This document shows positions 1-8,017 of a DNA stretch of 27,463 nt, one piece after another (position 1 is the stretch's first letter; every line of letters begins with the position of its first letter). Position numbers and translations under genes: made by a program. This DNA is from Thermoplasmatota archaeon (GTDB taxonomy: Archaea > Thermoplasmatota > E2 > JACPAO01 > JAHFTW01): NCBI GenBank assembly GCA_028289805.1, contig JANQNI010000073.1, positions 1 through 27,463 of the forward strand, read 5' to 3'. Below the pieces are notes generated by a model. It did no database searches and was not told the origin of the DNA. It worked only from the letters and a program-made list of their open reading frames with translations.

Positions 1-1
1 G

Positions 2-157
2 GCCGGACGCTACGGGCCCTACGTCAAGCACGACAAGACCAACGCCAGCCTCCCCAAGGACATGGACCCCGAGTCCGTCACCCTGGAGGTTGCCGTCGAG
101 CTCATCGCCCAGAAGAAGGCCAAGGGCCCCGCCCGCCGCGGCCGCAAGCGCAGCTAG
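2..157 (+). CDS. topA: DNA topoisomerase I, C-terminal end (5'-truncated by window), bacterial-type Toprim C-terminal repeat
   Basis: Not in the ORF track. Frame 2 reads AGRYGPYVKHDKTNASLPKDMDPESVTLEVAVELIAQKKAKGPARRGRKRS* (TAG 155-157). GRYGPYV...NASLP...P..VTLE.A.EL plus a basic tail is the typical end of bacterial TopA. Confidence 0.85.
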   Translation, partial: AGRYGPYVKHDKTNASLPKDMDPESVTLEVAVELIAQKKAKGPARRGRKRS

Positions 158-242
158 GCTCCGCGCCGATGCCCCCGCCCGCGAAACGATCGCGCTTCTC
201 GACCAATCCCGTAAAAAGCCACGCGGGGAGTGTCGGTCCCGG

Positions 243-1310
243 TTGACCCTCAGCAAGCGGAAGCTCAGCCCCTGGTTCCTCTTCGGCCTCCTCCTGGTCA
301 TCGGGTGGGCGAGCCTCCGCATCGTGCGGGTCTTCCTCGACTACGCCCTCGTCGGCATCTTCCTCGCCTACCTCACCTACCCCGGCTACGCCTGGATGGT
401 CACCCGCGTCAAGCACCGACCCTCCGCGAGCTTCCTGATGCTCGGCCTCGTCGTCGCGGCCGTCGTCATCCCTGGAGCCTTCCTCGTCAGCGAACTGGTG
501 CGCGAGATCACTCAGCTCACCGCCACCCTCAGCGCCACCAACCTCGTCGCCATCCTCGACGAACTGCAACGGCAGGTCAACCAGTTCGTCGGCGGCGACC
601 CCGACACCGTCGTCGGCGACTACGACCTCGTCGAACTGGCCGTCCCCGCCGTGCGCACCTTCCTCACCGACCTCGTCGCCGACCTCCCCAGCCAACTCGC
701 CTTCGCCCTCGTCGGCATCTTCGTCCTCCTGTACGTCATGTACTACGTCTACATCGACGGCGCCCGCTTCGTCCGCTTCGTCCAGGAGCTGCTGCCGATG
801 CAGGAGGCCCACCGCGACCTCCTGTTCCACGAGACCGGCGTCGTCGTCAAGGCCGTCATGTACGGCCAGGTCCTCACCGCCCTCATCCAGGCCGTCATCG
901 CCGGCGTCGGCTTCGTCATCTTCGGCGTCCCGAGCGTCGTCCTGCTCTCCCTGGCCACCTTCGTCCTGGCCCTCCTGCCTGTCGTGGGCCCGCCGCTCAT
1001 CTGGGTCCCCGCCGGACTGATGCTGATCTTCGTCAAGGGCCAGACCTTCGCCGGGATAGGCCTCATCGTCTACTCCGTGGTGCTCGTCAGCAGCCTCGAC
1101 AACATCATCCGCCCCAAGCTCATCGGCTCCCGGGCGCGCGTCCACCCCGTCGTCGTGCTGCTGGGCGTCCTCGGCGGCATCGTCATCTTCGGCATGAGCG
1201 GCCTCATCCTTGGGCCCCTCGTCCTGTCCATCTTCGTGACCCTCCTGGAGGTCTACCGCAAGGAGTTCGCCCAGAAGATGGAGGACGACGGACCCTTCTG
1301 GCGGTCGTAG
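243..1310 (+). CDS. AI-2E family (PerM-like) transporter
   Basis: Polytopic membrane protein with YxxxDG, GQVLTALIQA, LLPVVGPPLIWVP and DNIIRPKLIG...VHP..VLLGVLGG...G.ILGP motifs. Start placed at the in-frame TTG 243 because the ORF-track start at 90 overlaps topA; the exact start is uncertain. Confidence 0.88.
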   Translation: MTLSKRKLSPWFLFGLLLVIGWASLRIVRVFLDYALVGIFLAYLTYPGYAWMVTRVKHRPSASFLMLGLVVAAVVIPGAFLVSELVREITQLTATLSATNLVAILDELQRQVNQFVGGDPDTVVGDYDLVELAVPAVRTFLTDLVADLPSQLAFALVGIFVLLYVMYYVYIDGARFVRFVQELLPMQEAHRDLLFHETGVVVKAVMYGQVLTALIQAVIAGVGFVIFGVPSVVLLSLATFVLALLPVVGPPLIWVPAGLMLIFVKGQTFAGIGLIVYSVVLVSSLDNIIRPKLIGSRARVHPVVVLLGVLGGIVIFGMSGLILGPLVLSIFVTLLEVYRKEFAQKMEDDGPFWRS

Positions 1311-1439
1311 GTTCCACAGGAAGGCGTCGGGTCAAACCATAGATTCTTGGGATGAATCTCAAACCCGTTTCCCGCCCATTGGACGGGGTCGGGGGGCAAG
1401 GGGGCGCACGCCGACGATGGCGGTGTGCGTGGTGAAGAG

Positions 1440-1510
1440 TGCAGGATACGGGATTTGAACCCGTGCTGGCGGCTTGGAAGGCCGAAGTCATACCCCTAGA
1501 CCAATCCTGC
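1440..1510 (-). tRNA. tRNA-Gly (anticodon TCC), CCA not encoded
   Basis: Reverse complement is GCAGGAT TG GTCTAGGGGTATGAC T TCGGC CTTCCAA GCCGC CAGC ACGGG TTCAAAT CCCGT ATCCTGC A. It has a 7-bp acceptor stem, a T-arm with TTCAAAT, loop CT-TCC-AA and a short variable loop. Confidence 0.95.
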
Positions 1511-1549
1511 ATGATGGGCGAGTGCAGGGCCGCCGACTGACCCCCACTT

Positions 1550-1555
1550 CTTAAC
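1550..1555 (-). promoter_or_regulatory. Candidate TATA-like box for tRNA-Gly
   Basis: GTTAAG on the minus strand about 40 nt upstream of the mature tRNA 5' end. The same TTAA core precedes other genes in this window. Confidence 0.35.
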
Positions 1556-1557
1556 CG

Positions 1558-2604
1558 CTACACTTCCCAGCGCGCCACCCGGAACGCCTCCCCCATCGCC
1601 GTCGGCAGCAGCAACTGCCGCAGCCGCAGGTACGCGGACGCCCCCTCCACCGTGGACCGGTCGATGCGGTTGAGGGCCTCCAACGCCCCGTGGCGCATCA
1701 GGAACGCCTCCTGGGACTCCTCGAACGCCAGCCGGAGCCCCGCCGCCTCCGCCCACGCCCGCGCCTGCGCGAAGTCGACGCTGGCCGTGATGTCCTGCTC
1801 CCCCGGCTCCAGCCAGGGATCCAGGCCGTGCCGGTGGCTGCGGAAGGTCCGCACGGTGCCGTCGCGGTCGCGGCGCCAGACGTGGTCTCCCCCGTAGTCC
1901 ACCACGAGCACGCCGCCGGCACGCAGTCGGGCGGCGACCGTCTCCAGCCACGCCTTCGCCGCGTGCATCACCGCGACGCGGCGGCCGGTGGGGACGCCGT
2001 CGGGGGCGAGGGCGGCCTCGTCCGGCGCCGGCCCACGCAGGAGCGCGAAGCCGCCGTCCTCCAGGCCGACGTGGAGTCCCCGCCAGCCGTCGTCGTGGCG
2101 TTCCAGCCACCAGAACGGCAGGGCGTCCAGGAACTCGTGGGCCACCACGAAGCCGGAGGTCCCCGCGGTCGGGAGTCCGTCCGTCCACGCGACGCGCTCG
2201 TCGGCGCCGGCCCGCTGGGCGTCCCGGTGCGTGGGGCTCGCCTCGACGTGCAGCCACCGCACCGCGGCGGCCAACTCCGGGTGGTCCTCGTCCAGGTGCG
2301 CCAGGGCGTCGCGGGCGAGGTCTCCCTCCCCGCCGCCGAACTCGTAGACGGGAAACGGCGCCGGGCGCCCGAGGCGCTCCCAGCACGCGGCCGCCTCCTC
2401 GGCGACGCAGTGGGCCAGGAACGGGTGCAGGGTGGGGCTGGTGGCGAAGTCGGCGTCGTCGCCGGGGCCGGTCTTGCGGCCGGGGCGCGTGTAGTACCCC
2501 CCGTCGGGGTCGTACAGGGCCGCCTCCATCCATGTGGGCCAGGGGAGGGGGCCCTCCCGTTCGATGCGGGCGCGGAGGCGGTCGGGGATGGCGGGGGCTG
2601 CCAC
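1558..2604 (-). CDS. Class I SAM-dependent methyltransferase, NDUFAF7/MidA (DUF185) family
   Basis: Family motifs in order: ALYDPDGGYY, DFATSP, EFGGGEG (SAM motif I), HEFLDALP, DYG, QDITASVDF, LLLPTAMGEAFRV. GTG start. Confidence 0.88.
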   Translation of the reverse strand: MAAPAIPDRLRARIEREGPLPWPTWMEAALYDPDGGYYTRPGRKTGPGDDADFATSPTLHPFLAHCVAEEAAACWERLGRPAPFPVYEFGGGEGDLARDALAHLDEDHPELAAAVRWLHVEASPTHRDAQRAGADERVAWTDGLPTAGTSGFVVAHEFLDALPFWWLERHDDGWRGLHVGLEDGGFALLRGPAPDEAALAPDGVPTGRRVAVMHAAKAWLETVAARLRAGGVLVVDYGGDHVWRRDRDGTVRTFRSHRHGLDPWLEPGEQDITASVDFAQARAWAEAAGLRLAFEESQEAFLMRHGALEALNRIDRSTVEGASAYLRLRQLLLPTAMGEAFRVARWEV

Positions 2605-2693
2605 AGGGTCTGCCAGGTTGGTGGCGTGATGAGCGTTTGCTCACCCCACAAGCGCGAGCGGTTTACAAACACTCTGATAGCCCCGAAATCTAC

Positions 2694-2737
2694 ATAGGGA
2701 TTTTTGCAAAAATAGCAATAGGGATTGTTGCAAAAAT
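2694..2737. promoter_or_regulatory. Tandem palindromic operator-like sites
   Basis: ATAGGGATT(T/G)TTGCAAAAAT occurs at 2694-2713 and 2718-2737 (19/20 identical). The core ATTTTTGCAAAAAT (2700-2713) is a perfect 14-bp palindrome; the second core (2724-2737) has one mismatch. Confidence 0.65.
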
Positions 2738-2777
2738 CATAGCGGTCGACTATATCGTAGCAATTTATTCCGCCTCC

Positions 2778-5700
2778 ATGGCCGAGGAGAAAATCCCCCG
2801 TTTGCTGGCATTCCGCGATTTGAGGGCCGGCGCTGCCGCTGCCATGTTCATCTTCCTCGCGTTCTCCGGGGTTGTCACCGCAGACGAACTGAATGGCTCA
2901 AACTACATCTACGGAGCAAATGATTATGTCTACATTTACTCCCAGGACCAAAGCAACGAGCATGCAATCGGCCAGAAGCTCAAGGTCGTGGATCACGGAT
3001 TCGACGTGGCCAAAGCCCATCACATCGCGCCTTTGATGTCGCGCACATCTTCTACCACCAGCGGCAACGTCTGCCTCGAGTTCGGTCAGCCCGGAAGCGT
3101 CCTCCAGAGCGAGTGTCGCCCCGTCACGGACGTCCCCACGTCTCCGGGCTGGCTCGACTTCTATTTCACGCCCCTCGTGAGCGTCACGCCGGGCGGTATC
3201 TACGAGTATTACGTCTACTATACCGGCACCTGCACAACCTGCGTGCGTGGGTATTATGCTACCACCAATGAGTACCTGCCTGGCGAGGGCAACAATGCCG
3301 TCCGACTCAGCAAGACCAGTCCCACCCAGGCCTACATCCACCCTGGCCAGGACTCCACGTTCCTGTTCTTCATCGCCCACTCTCCCATCACCGTCACCGA
3401 CTCGGCCACCAACATCGACCACGACAGTGCCACCCTGCGCGGCCGCAACACGGACGACGCGGACTACTACACGACCATCTACTTCGAATGGGGCACCACC
3501 AGCTCCTATGGCTCCACCACCGACTCCGTGCATTGCCCTGAGAGTACCACCGTTGCTTGCACGCGCAACATCTCGGGACTACAGTCCAGCACCACCTACC
3601 ACTACCGAATCTGCGGCAACAACGGCATAGGCACGCAGTGCGGGAGCAATCGGATGTTCACCACCGACCCCGCGCCCAACAACCCGCCCACTTCCATGTC
3701 TCCTGTCAGCCCCAGCGACGGGGCCACCGGGGTCTCCACCGGAACCTCAGTCTCCTGGGCCGGCGGCGACGACCCCGACGGTGTTACCTACGACGTCTTC
3801 ATACGGCCCGATGGCGGCAGCGACCGGCTTGCGTGCGACGGCACCGGTGCCAAAAGCTGTCCCAGCGCCGAACTGAACCTGCAACCCGGCACTACCTACA
3901 ACTGGTACGTGATTGCCCGCGACGGTCCCGGCGCGACCACGCGGGGTCCCTCCGGTAGCAACTATTGGAGCTTCACCACCAGCGGCTGTGATGCGTCCAA
4001 GGTCGTCCTGTGGCAGGCGGCCAACCAATCTGGTGGCTGCCGCTCCATCGACGCCGACGACGGGGACTTCCTCGGGGACACCTTCGACAACGGCGCCAGC
4101 CTCAACGACGCCGTCAGCTCCATCCAGGTGCCCTCAGGCCAAACCGCCATCCTATACGAACACAGCGCCTTCAGGGGCCAGTTGCATATCGTGGCCGCTT
4201 CCGATCCCAACTTGGACAACGACGGCTTCAACGACCGTGCCAGTAGCCTGCGCATCGTCCCGTGTGCTGGCGACGCCCCCGTCGTCCTGTTCTACGACCA
4301 CAACTACGAAGGCGGCTGCCTAGCGCTTCACGGGGACGACTCGGATTTCACCGACAACGTCTTCAGCAACGGCGCGGGCGTCAACGACGCCATCTCCAGC
4401 ATTTGGGTCCGTGACGGCTACCAGGCCACCCTGTTCCAGCACAACAACTACGGCGGCATCGCCCACACCACGTTGGGCAACGACAAGTCGCTCGTTGGCG
4501 AGGGCTTCAACGACCATGCATCAAGCATCCGCATCGAACTGCCCTCGCAGGCCCCTGCCAACGATCTGCACGCCCGCCCCGCCATCTTGGGTGAGGTGTA
4601 CGCGTACCATGCAGAGCAGTCCACTGTGGGTGCCACCACCCAGGGTGGCGAACAGACCGCCTGCAACAGTGCGACCCTCGGCGCTTCCGTCTGGTACAAG
4701 TTCACCGCCGTCACGAGCGGCACGGCCCGCATCACCACGTGGGGTTCCGACTTCGACACCGTCCTGGCGGCGTACGCTGGCACCGGCCTCGGTTCTACGC
4801 AGGTCGACTGCAACGACGACTCCGCAGGCACCACCCAGTCCGAACTCAATTTCCAGTGCGTCGCCGGCCAAGAGTACCGCATCCAGGTCGGTGGATACAA
4901 CGGGGCATCCGGCAACCTGGTCTTCCACATGACGGGTTGCATGGACTTCCGCGACGACCCCTTCGTCGCCACGCCGCGGCAGCCGTTTTGCGTCTCGAGC
5001 GACAACGAACCTCGCTTTGAGGTCGTCTACGCGTACGCCAACGATGCCCCGGACCTGTATGATCAACGCGTCGGTCGCATCCGCGAGATGATCCAAGAGG
5101 CCAATGGATTCTTGCACCAGGATGCCTCCACTCGAGATGGGCGCACCGTGGATTACCGCATCGGCTGCACCGGCGGTGTCATCGACGTCTTGAAGGTCGC
5201 CGTGGACATTCCCTCCAATGGCGACCTCCTCGGTGCTCTGCGCAACCACCCGAGTGGATTCAACGGCCCGAACGCCAAGTACTTGGTCTGGTTCGAGAAG
5301 AACCGAGAGTGTGGGTTCGGCTATGCCGAAACGGATCACGCGGGTAGCCCGTCGCCTGGGGATCTCCGAATGTTCTCTCCCGGCAATCCGTATGCCACCG
5401 CGCGTAGCTGGGCCGTCGTCGAATGCGACGACTCCTCTCACGGCGTCGCCGTGATGATGCACGAAGCCGGACATGCCATGGGTGCCGTCCACGACGATGC
5501 TCCCGACTCCGACGGTGCCGGTCACTGCACGGACAACCGAAGCATGCTGTGTGACAATGACAATCCCAACACAGGTGGATTCGCTTGCGCAGATCTGCAC
5601 TATGACTGCGGATTCGATTCGTACTTCGACCCCAACCCGGTACCTGATGAATGGCTCTTTGACAACTGGAATCAGGGCCACCCCTACAACGGATTCCTCC

Positions 5701-7829
5701 AATTCAACGCGGGCCCTGGCAACGACGCCTTCGACGCCCGTACGACCGTCTCGGCCCCCTACAGCCAGAGTCTGAGCACCCAGTTTGCCACGCACGAACA
5801 GGGCGAGCCCCAGCCCTCCTGCGCAAAACTGTCCAATACCGTCTGGTACCGGTTCACGCCCGATGCCAGCGGCACGGCGACGGTTTCCACAAGCGGGTCG
5901 AACTTCAACACGGTCGTCGCCGCTTACACGGGTTCCGGTATCGGGTCCTTGAGCCAGGTCGCCTGCGACGACGACGGCGGTTCGGGCACGACCAGTTCGA
6001 CCTCGTTCCCCGTGACTGCGGGGATTTCGTACGCTATCCAGGTCGGTGGTTTCGAAAACGCCCTCGGAGTCCTCCAGGTGCAGGTGTCGTGCAGCCCCCA
6101 CGATTGCAACACAGTCAACCAGGCACCCGACCAACCCTCCTTGTCCTGCACGCCCGACCCGAGCCAGGCCGGACAGACCGTAACGTGTACCTTCAAGAGC
6201 ATGGATGCTGACTCCAGCGGAGTTTACTACACCGTGAATTGGGGCGACGGCTCCTCCACCCGCGTACCGTCCAGCGGTACGGTAACCCCCAACACGGACC
6301 GGAGCGCGGACCATTCCTACTCGCTGGCTGGCACATACACGGTTTCGGTGACCGCCACGGACAACGGTGTCCCTGCCCAGACCTCGGCGGCAGCTACCCA
6401 CACCCAGGACGTGCAACTGGTCGTCAACCAGGCTCCCGGTGCCCCCAGCCTGTCATGCAGCCCCGACCCCAGCCTCACAGGCCAGATGGTCTCGTGCAGC
6501 TTCAGCAGCATGGACACGGACTCCACGGGCGTTTACTACGTCGTGGACTGGGGGGATGGCTCAGCCACGGCGCGCGTCCCATCTAGCGGCACCGCGATTC
6601 CCGGCACCAGTCGCTCCGCCAGCCACACCTACTCCACGGCCGGCGGATACACCATCAGCGTATATGCCACGGACAACGGTTCTCCCGCTGAGTCCTCTGC
6701 CGCCACCACGGAGGCCCAGACTGTCAACCAGGCCCCCGTCCCCATGCCGTACTCCATCGGATTCGACACGGGCAGTGCCACGGATTGGACCCTATCGGGC
6801 CTCTGGCACCCCACCACCTGCGTCAAGAACAGCCCGTCCTACAGCCTCGGCTACAACAAGGCCGGCTGTCCCACGGACTTCAACACCGGCTCCCGCACAA
6901 TGGGCGACGCGGTCACGCCACCCATCGTCCTTGGTTCCGGATCCACGCCGCACCTGACCTGGAACAGCTGGCACGAAACAGAGACTGGCGGCGCGTACGA
7001 CAAGAAAATCGTCTCCGTCTCCACCAACGACGGCGCCACGTGGACCCAGGTCTGGCAGGAGACTGGCACCCAGTCCACCTGGAACGCCCGCGACGTGGAC
7101 CTCTCCGCGTACGCCGGGCAGACCATCCGCGTCCGCTTCCAGTTCGACAGCATCGACTCCGCAATCAACACCGGTGACGGCTGGTACGTGGACGATGTAT
7201 CTGTCGCGAACCCGAGCTTCACGGTCCCGGACCCACCCCGCAACGTCGCCGCGGCGGCCGGCCCGGGCGTCGGGCAGATTCGCGTCACCTGGGATGCGCC
7301 CAGCAGCGACGGCGGCAGCGCCATCACCGGCTACAAGGTCTATGTCTCGACTTCGTCCGGCGGGCCGTTCTCCTTGGAGGCCACCGTTGGTTCGTCCACG
7401 TACTCCTACACGGACTCGAACCTTGGCAACGGTGCCACGCGCTATTACCAACTCAGTGCCGTCAACGCCGCCGGCGAAGGTACGAGGAGCAACACGGCCA
7501 GCGCCACCACGTGGACGACGCCCAGTGCTCCACGCCAGTTGGTGGCCGAGGCCGGTTCCGCCCTCGGCGAGGTGGACATCTCCTGGATGCAACCCTCCAG
7601 CACCGGCGGGACGACGCTCTCGTACTACCGCCTGTATCGGGCGACGGACTCCAGTGGGCCGTTCACGCACATCGCAAGTCCGTCCGGAACCTCGTACACG
7701 GACTCGGGTCGCACCTTGGCTACAGCATACTACTATCGCGCCATCGCAGTGAACGTGGTCGGTGCCGGGCCGGTTTCCAACACGGACTGCTCCATGCCCT
7801 ATCCGGAGCCGCCCCTCGGCGCTTGCTAG
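2778..7829 (+). CDS. Large secreted multidomain zinc metalloprotease/adhesin (1683 aa): signal peptide, FN3/Ig-like x2, beta-gamma-crystallin x2, PPC-like, metzincin-like catalytic domain, PPC-like, PKD x2, jelly-roll domain, FN3 x2
   Basis: ATG 2778 is followed by a basic/hydrophobic signal-like N-terminus ending VVTA|DEL. HEAGHAMGAVH at 5460-5492; four NDxxSS motifs; two WGDG PKD signatures; terminal FN3 repeats (W..PSS.GG..I..Y.VY). The ORF-track start at 2532 overlaps the divergent gene and was not used. Confidence 0.88.
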   Translation: MAEEKIPRLLAFRDLRAGAAAAMFIFLAFSGVVTADELNGSNYIYGANDYVYIYSQDQSNEHAIGQKLKVVDHGFDVAKAHHIAPLMSRTSSTTSGNVCLEFGQPGSVLQSECRPVTDVPTSPGWLDFYFTPLVSVTPGGIYEYYVYYTGTCTTCVRGYYATTNEYLPGEGNNAVRLSKTSPTQAYIHPGQDSTFLFFIAHSPITVTDSATNIDHDSATLRGRNTDDADYYTTIYFEWGTTSSYGSTTDSVHCPESTTVACTRNISGLQSSTTYHYRICGNNGIGTQCGSNRMFTTDPAPNNPPTSMSPVSPSDGATGVSTGTSVSWAGGDDPDGVTYDVFIRPDGGSDRLACDGTGAKSCPSAELNLQPGTTYNWYVIARDGPGATTRGPSGSNYWSFTTSGCDASKVVLWQAANQSGGCRSIDADDGDFLGDTFDNGASLNDAVSSIQVPSGQTAILYEHSAFRGQLHIVAASDPNLDNDGFNDRASSLRIVPCAGDAPVVLFYDHNYEGGCLALHGDDSDFTDNVFSNGAGVNDAISSIWVRDGYQATLFQHNNYGGIAHTTLGNDKSLVGEGFNDHASSIRIELPSQAPANDLHARPAILGEVYAYHAEQSTVGATTQGGEQTACNSATLGASVWYKFTAVTSGTARITTWGSDFDTVLAAYAGTGLGSTQVDCNDDSAGTTQSELNFQCVAGQEYRIQVGGYNGASGNLVFHMTGCMDFRDDPFVATPRQPFCVSSDNEPRFEVVYAYANDAPDLYDQRVGRIREMIQEANGFLHQDASTRDGRTVDYRIGCTGGVIDVLKVAVDIPSNGDLLGALRNHPSGFNGPNAKYLVWFEKNRECGFGYAETDHAGSPSPGDLRMFSPGNPYATARSWAVVECDDSSHGVAVMMHEAGHAMGAVHDDAPDSDGAGHCTDNRSMLCDNDNPNTGGFACADLHYDCGFDSYFDPNPVPDEWLFDNWNQGHPYNGFLQFNAGPGNDAFDARTTVSAPYSQSLSTQFATHEQGEPQPSCAKLSNTVWYRFTPDASGTATVSTSGSNFNTVVAAYTGSGIGSLSQVACDDDGGSGTTSSTSFPVTAGISYAIQVGGFENALGVLQVQVSCSPHDCNTVNQAPDQPSLSCTPDPSQAGQTVTCTFKSMDADSSGVYYTVNWGDGSSTRVPSSGTVTPNTDRSADHSYSLAGTYTVSVTATDNGVPAQTSAAATHTQDVQLVVNQAPGAPSLSCSPDPSLTGQMVSCSFSSMDTDSTGVYYVVDWGDGSATARVPSSGTAIPGTSRSASHTYSTAGGYTISVYATDNGSPAESSAATTEAQTVNQAPVPMPYSIGFDTGSATDWTLSGLWHPTTCVKNSPSYSLGYNKAGCPTDFNTGSRTMGDAVTPPIVLGSGSTPHLTWNSWHETETGGAYDKKIVSVSTNDGATWTQVWQETGTQSTWNARDVDLSAYAGQTIRVRFQFDSIDSAINTGDGWYVDDVSVANPSFTVPDPPRNVAAAAGPGVGQIRVTWDAPSSDGGSAITGYKVYVSTSSGGPFSLEATVGSSTYSYTDSNLGNGATRYYQLSAVNAAGEGTRSNTASATTWTTPSAPRQLVAEAGSALGEVDISWMQPSSTGGTTLSYYRLYRATDSSGPFTHIASPSGTSYTDSGRTLATAYYYRAIAVNVVGAGPVSNTDCSMPYPEPPLGAC

Positions 7830-7833
7830 CGGC

Positions 7834-7895
7834 CTTTCGTCCGTTTTTCCTTCCTCGGCACCTCCTTCTCCCCCTCGGTTCCTCCTTTGCCCCCC
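7834..7895 (+). terminator. Pyrimidine/T-rich terminator-like tract
   Basis: TTTCGTCCGTTTTTCCTTCCTC...CTCCTTCTCCCCTC immediately after the stop at 7829. Confidence 0.5.
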
Positions 7896-8017
7896 TTCGT
7901 CGAACCAGCCGTTGGATCCGTCCGACGCCGATGTCCATCCACTCGAACCGCCCCTCGCCTCATGGCAACGGATATATGTGGTCCCTTCTTGGGCGACCCT
8001 GGACCTGGGGTTTATAT

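Noticed and set aside
1311-1510. tRNA-Gly as an integration site for a mobile element
   Set aside because: I found no second copy of the tRNA 3' end and no integrase in the window. The nearby AGATTC-N7-GAATCT inverted repeat (1341-1359) is short and may just be a terminator feature.
2625-2665. TGAGC-GTTT-GCTCA hairpin and AGCGCGAGCG as a third copy of the intercistronic element
   Set aside because: It shares only a 5-6 bp core, with no flanking direct repeat or coupled mini-ORF. It may be worth rechecking if a family consensus is built.
2694-2737. CRISPR-like repeat
   Set aside because: Only two copies, 4 bp apart, with no spacers and no cas genes.
2532-2777. 82-codon N-terminal extension of the large protease in the ORF track
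   Set aside because: It overlaps the divergent methyltransferase start and the palindromic regulatory region. The signal peptide begins at ATG 2778.
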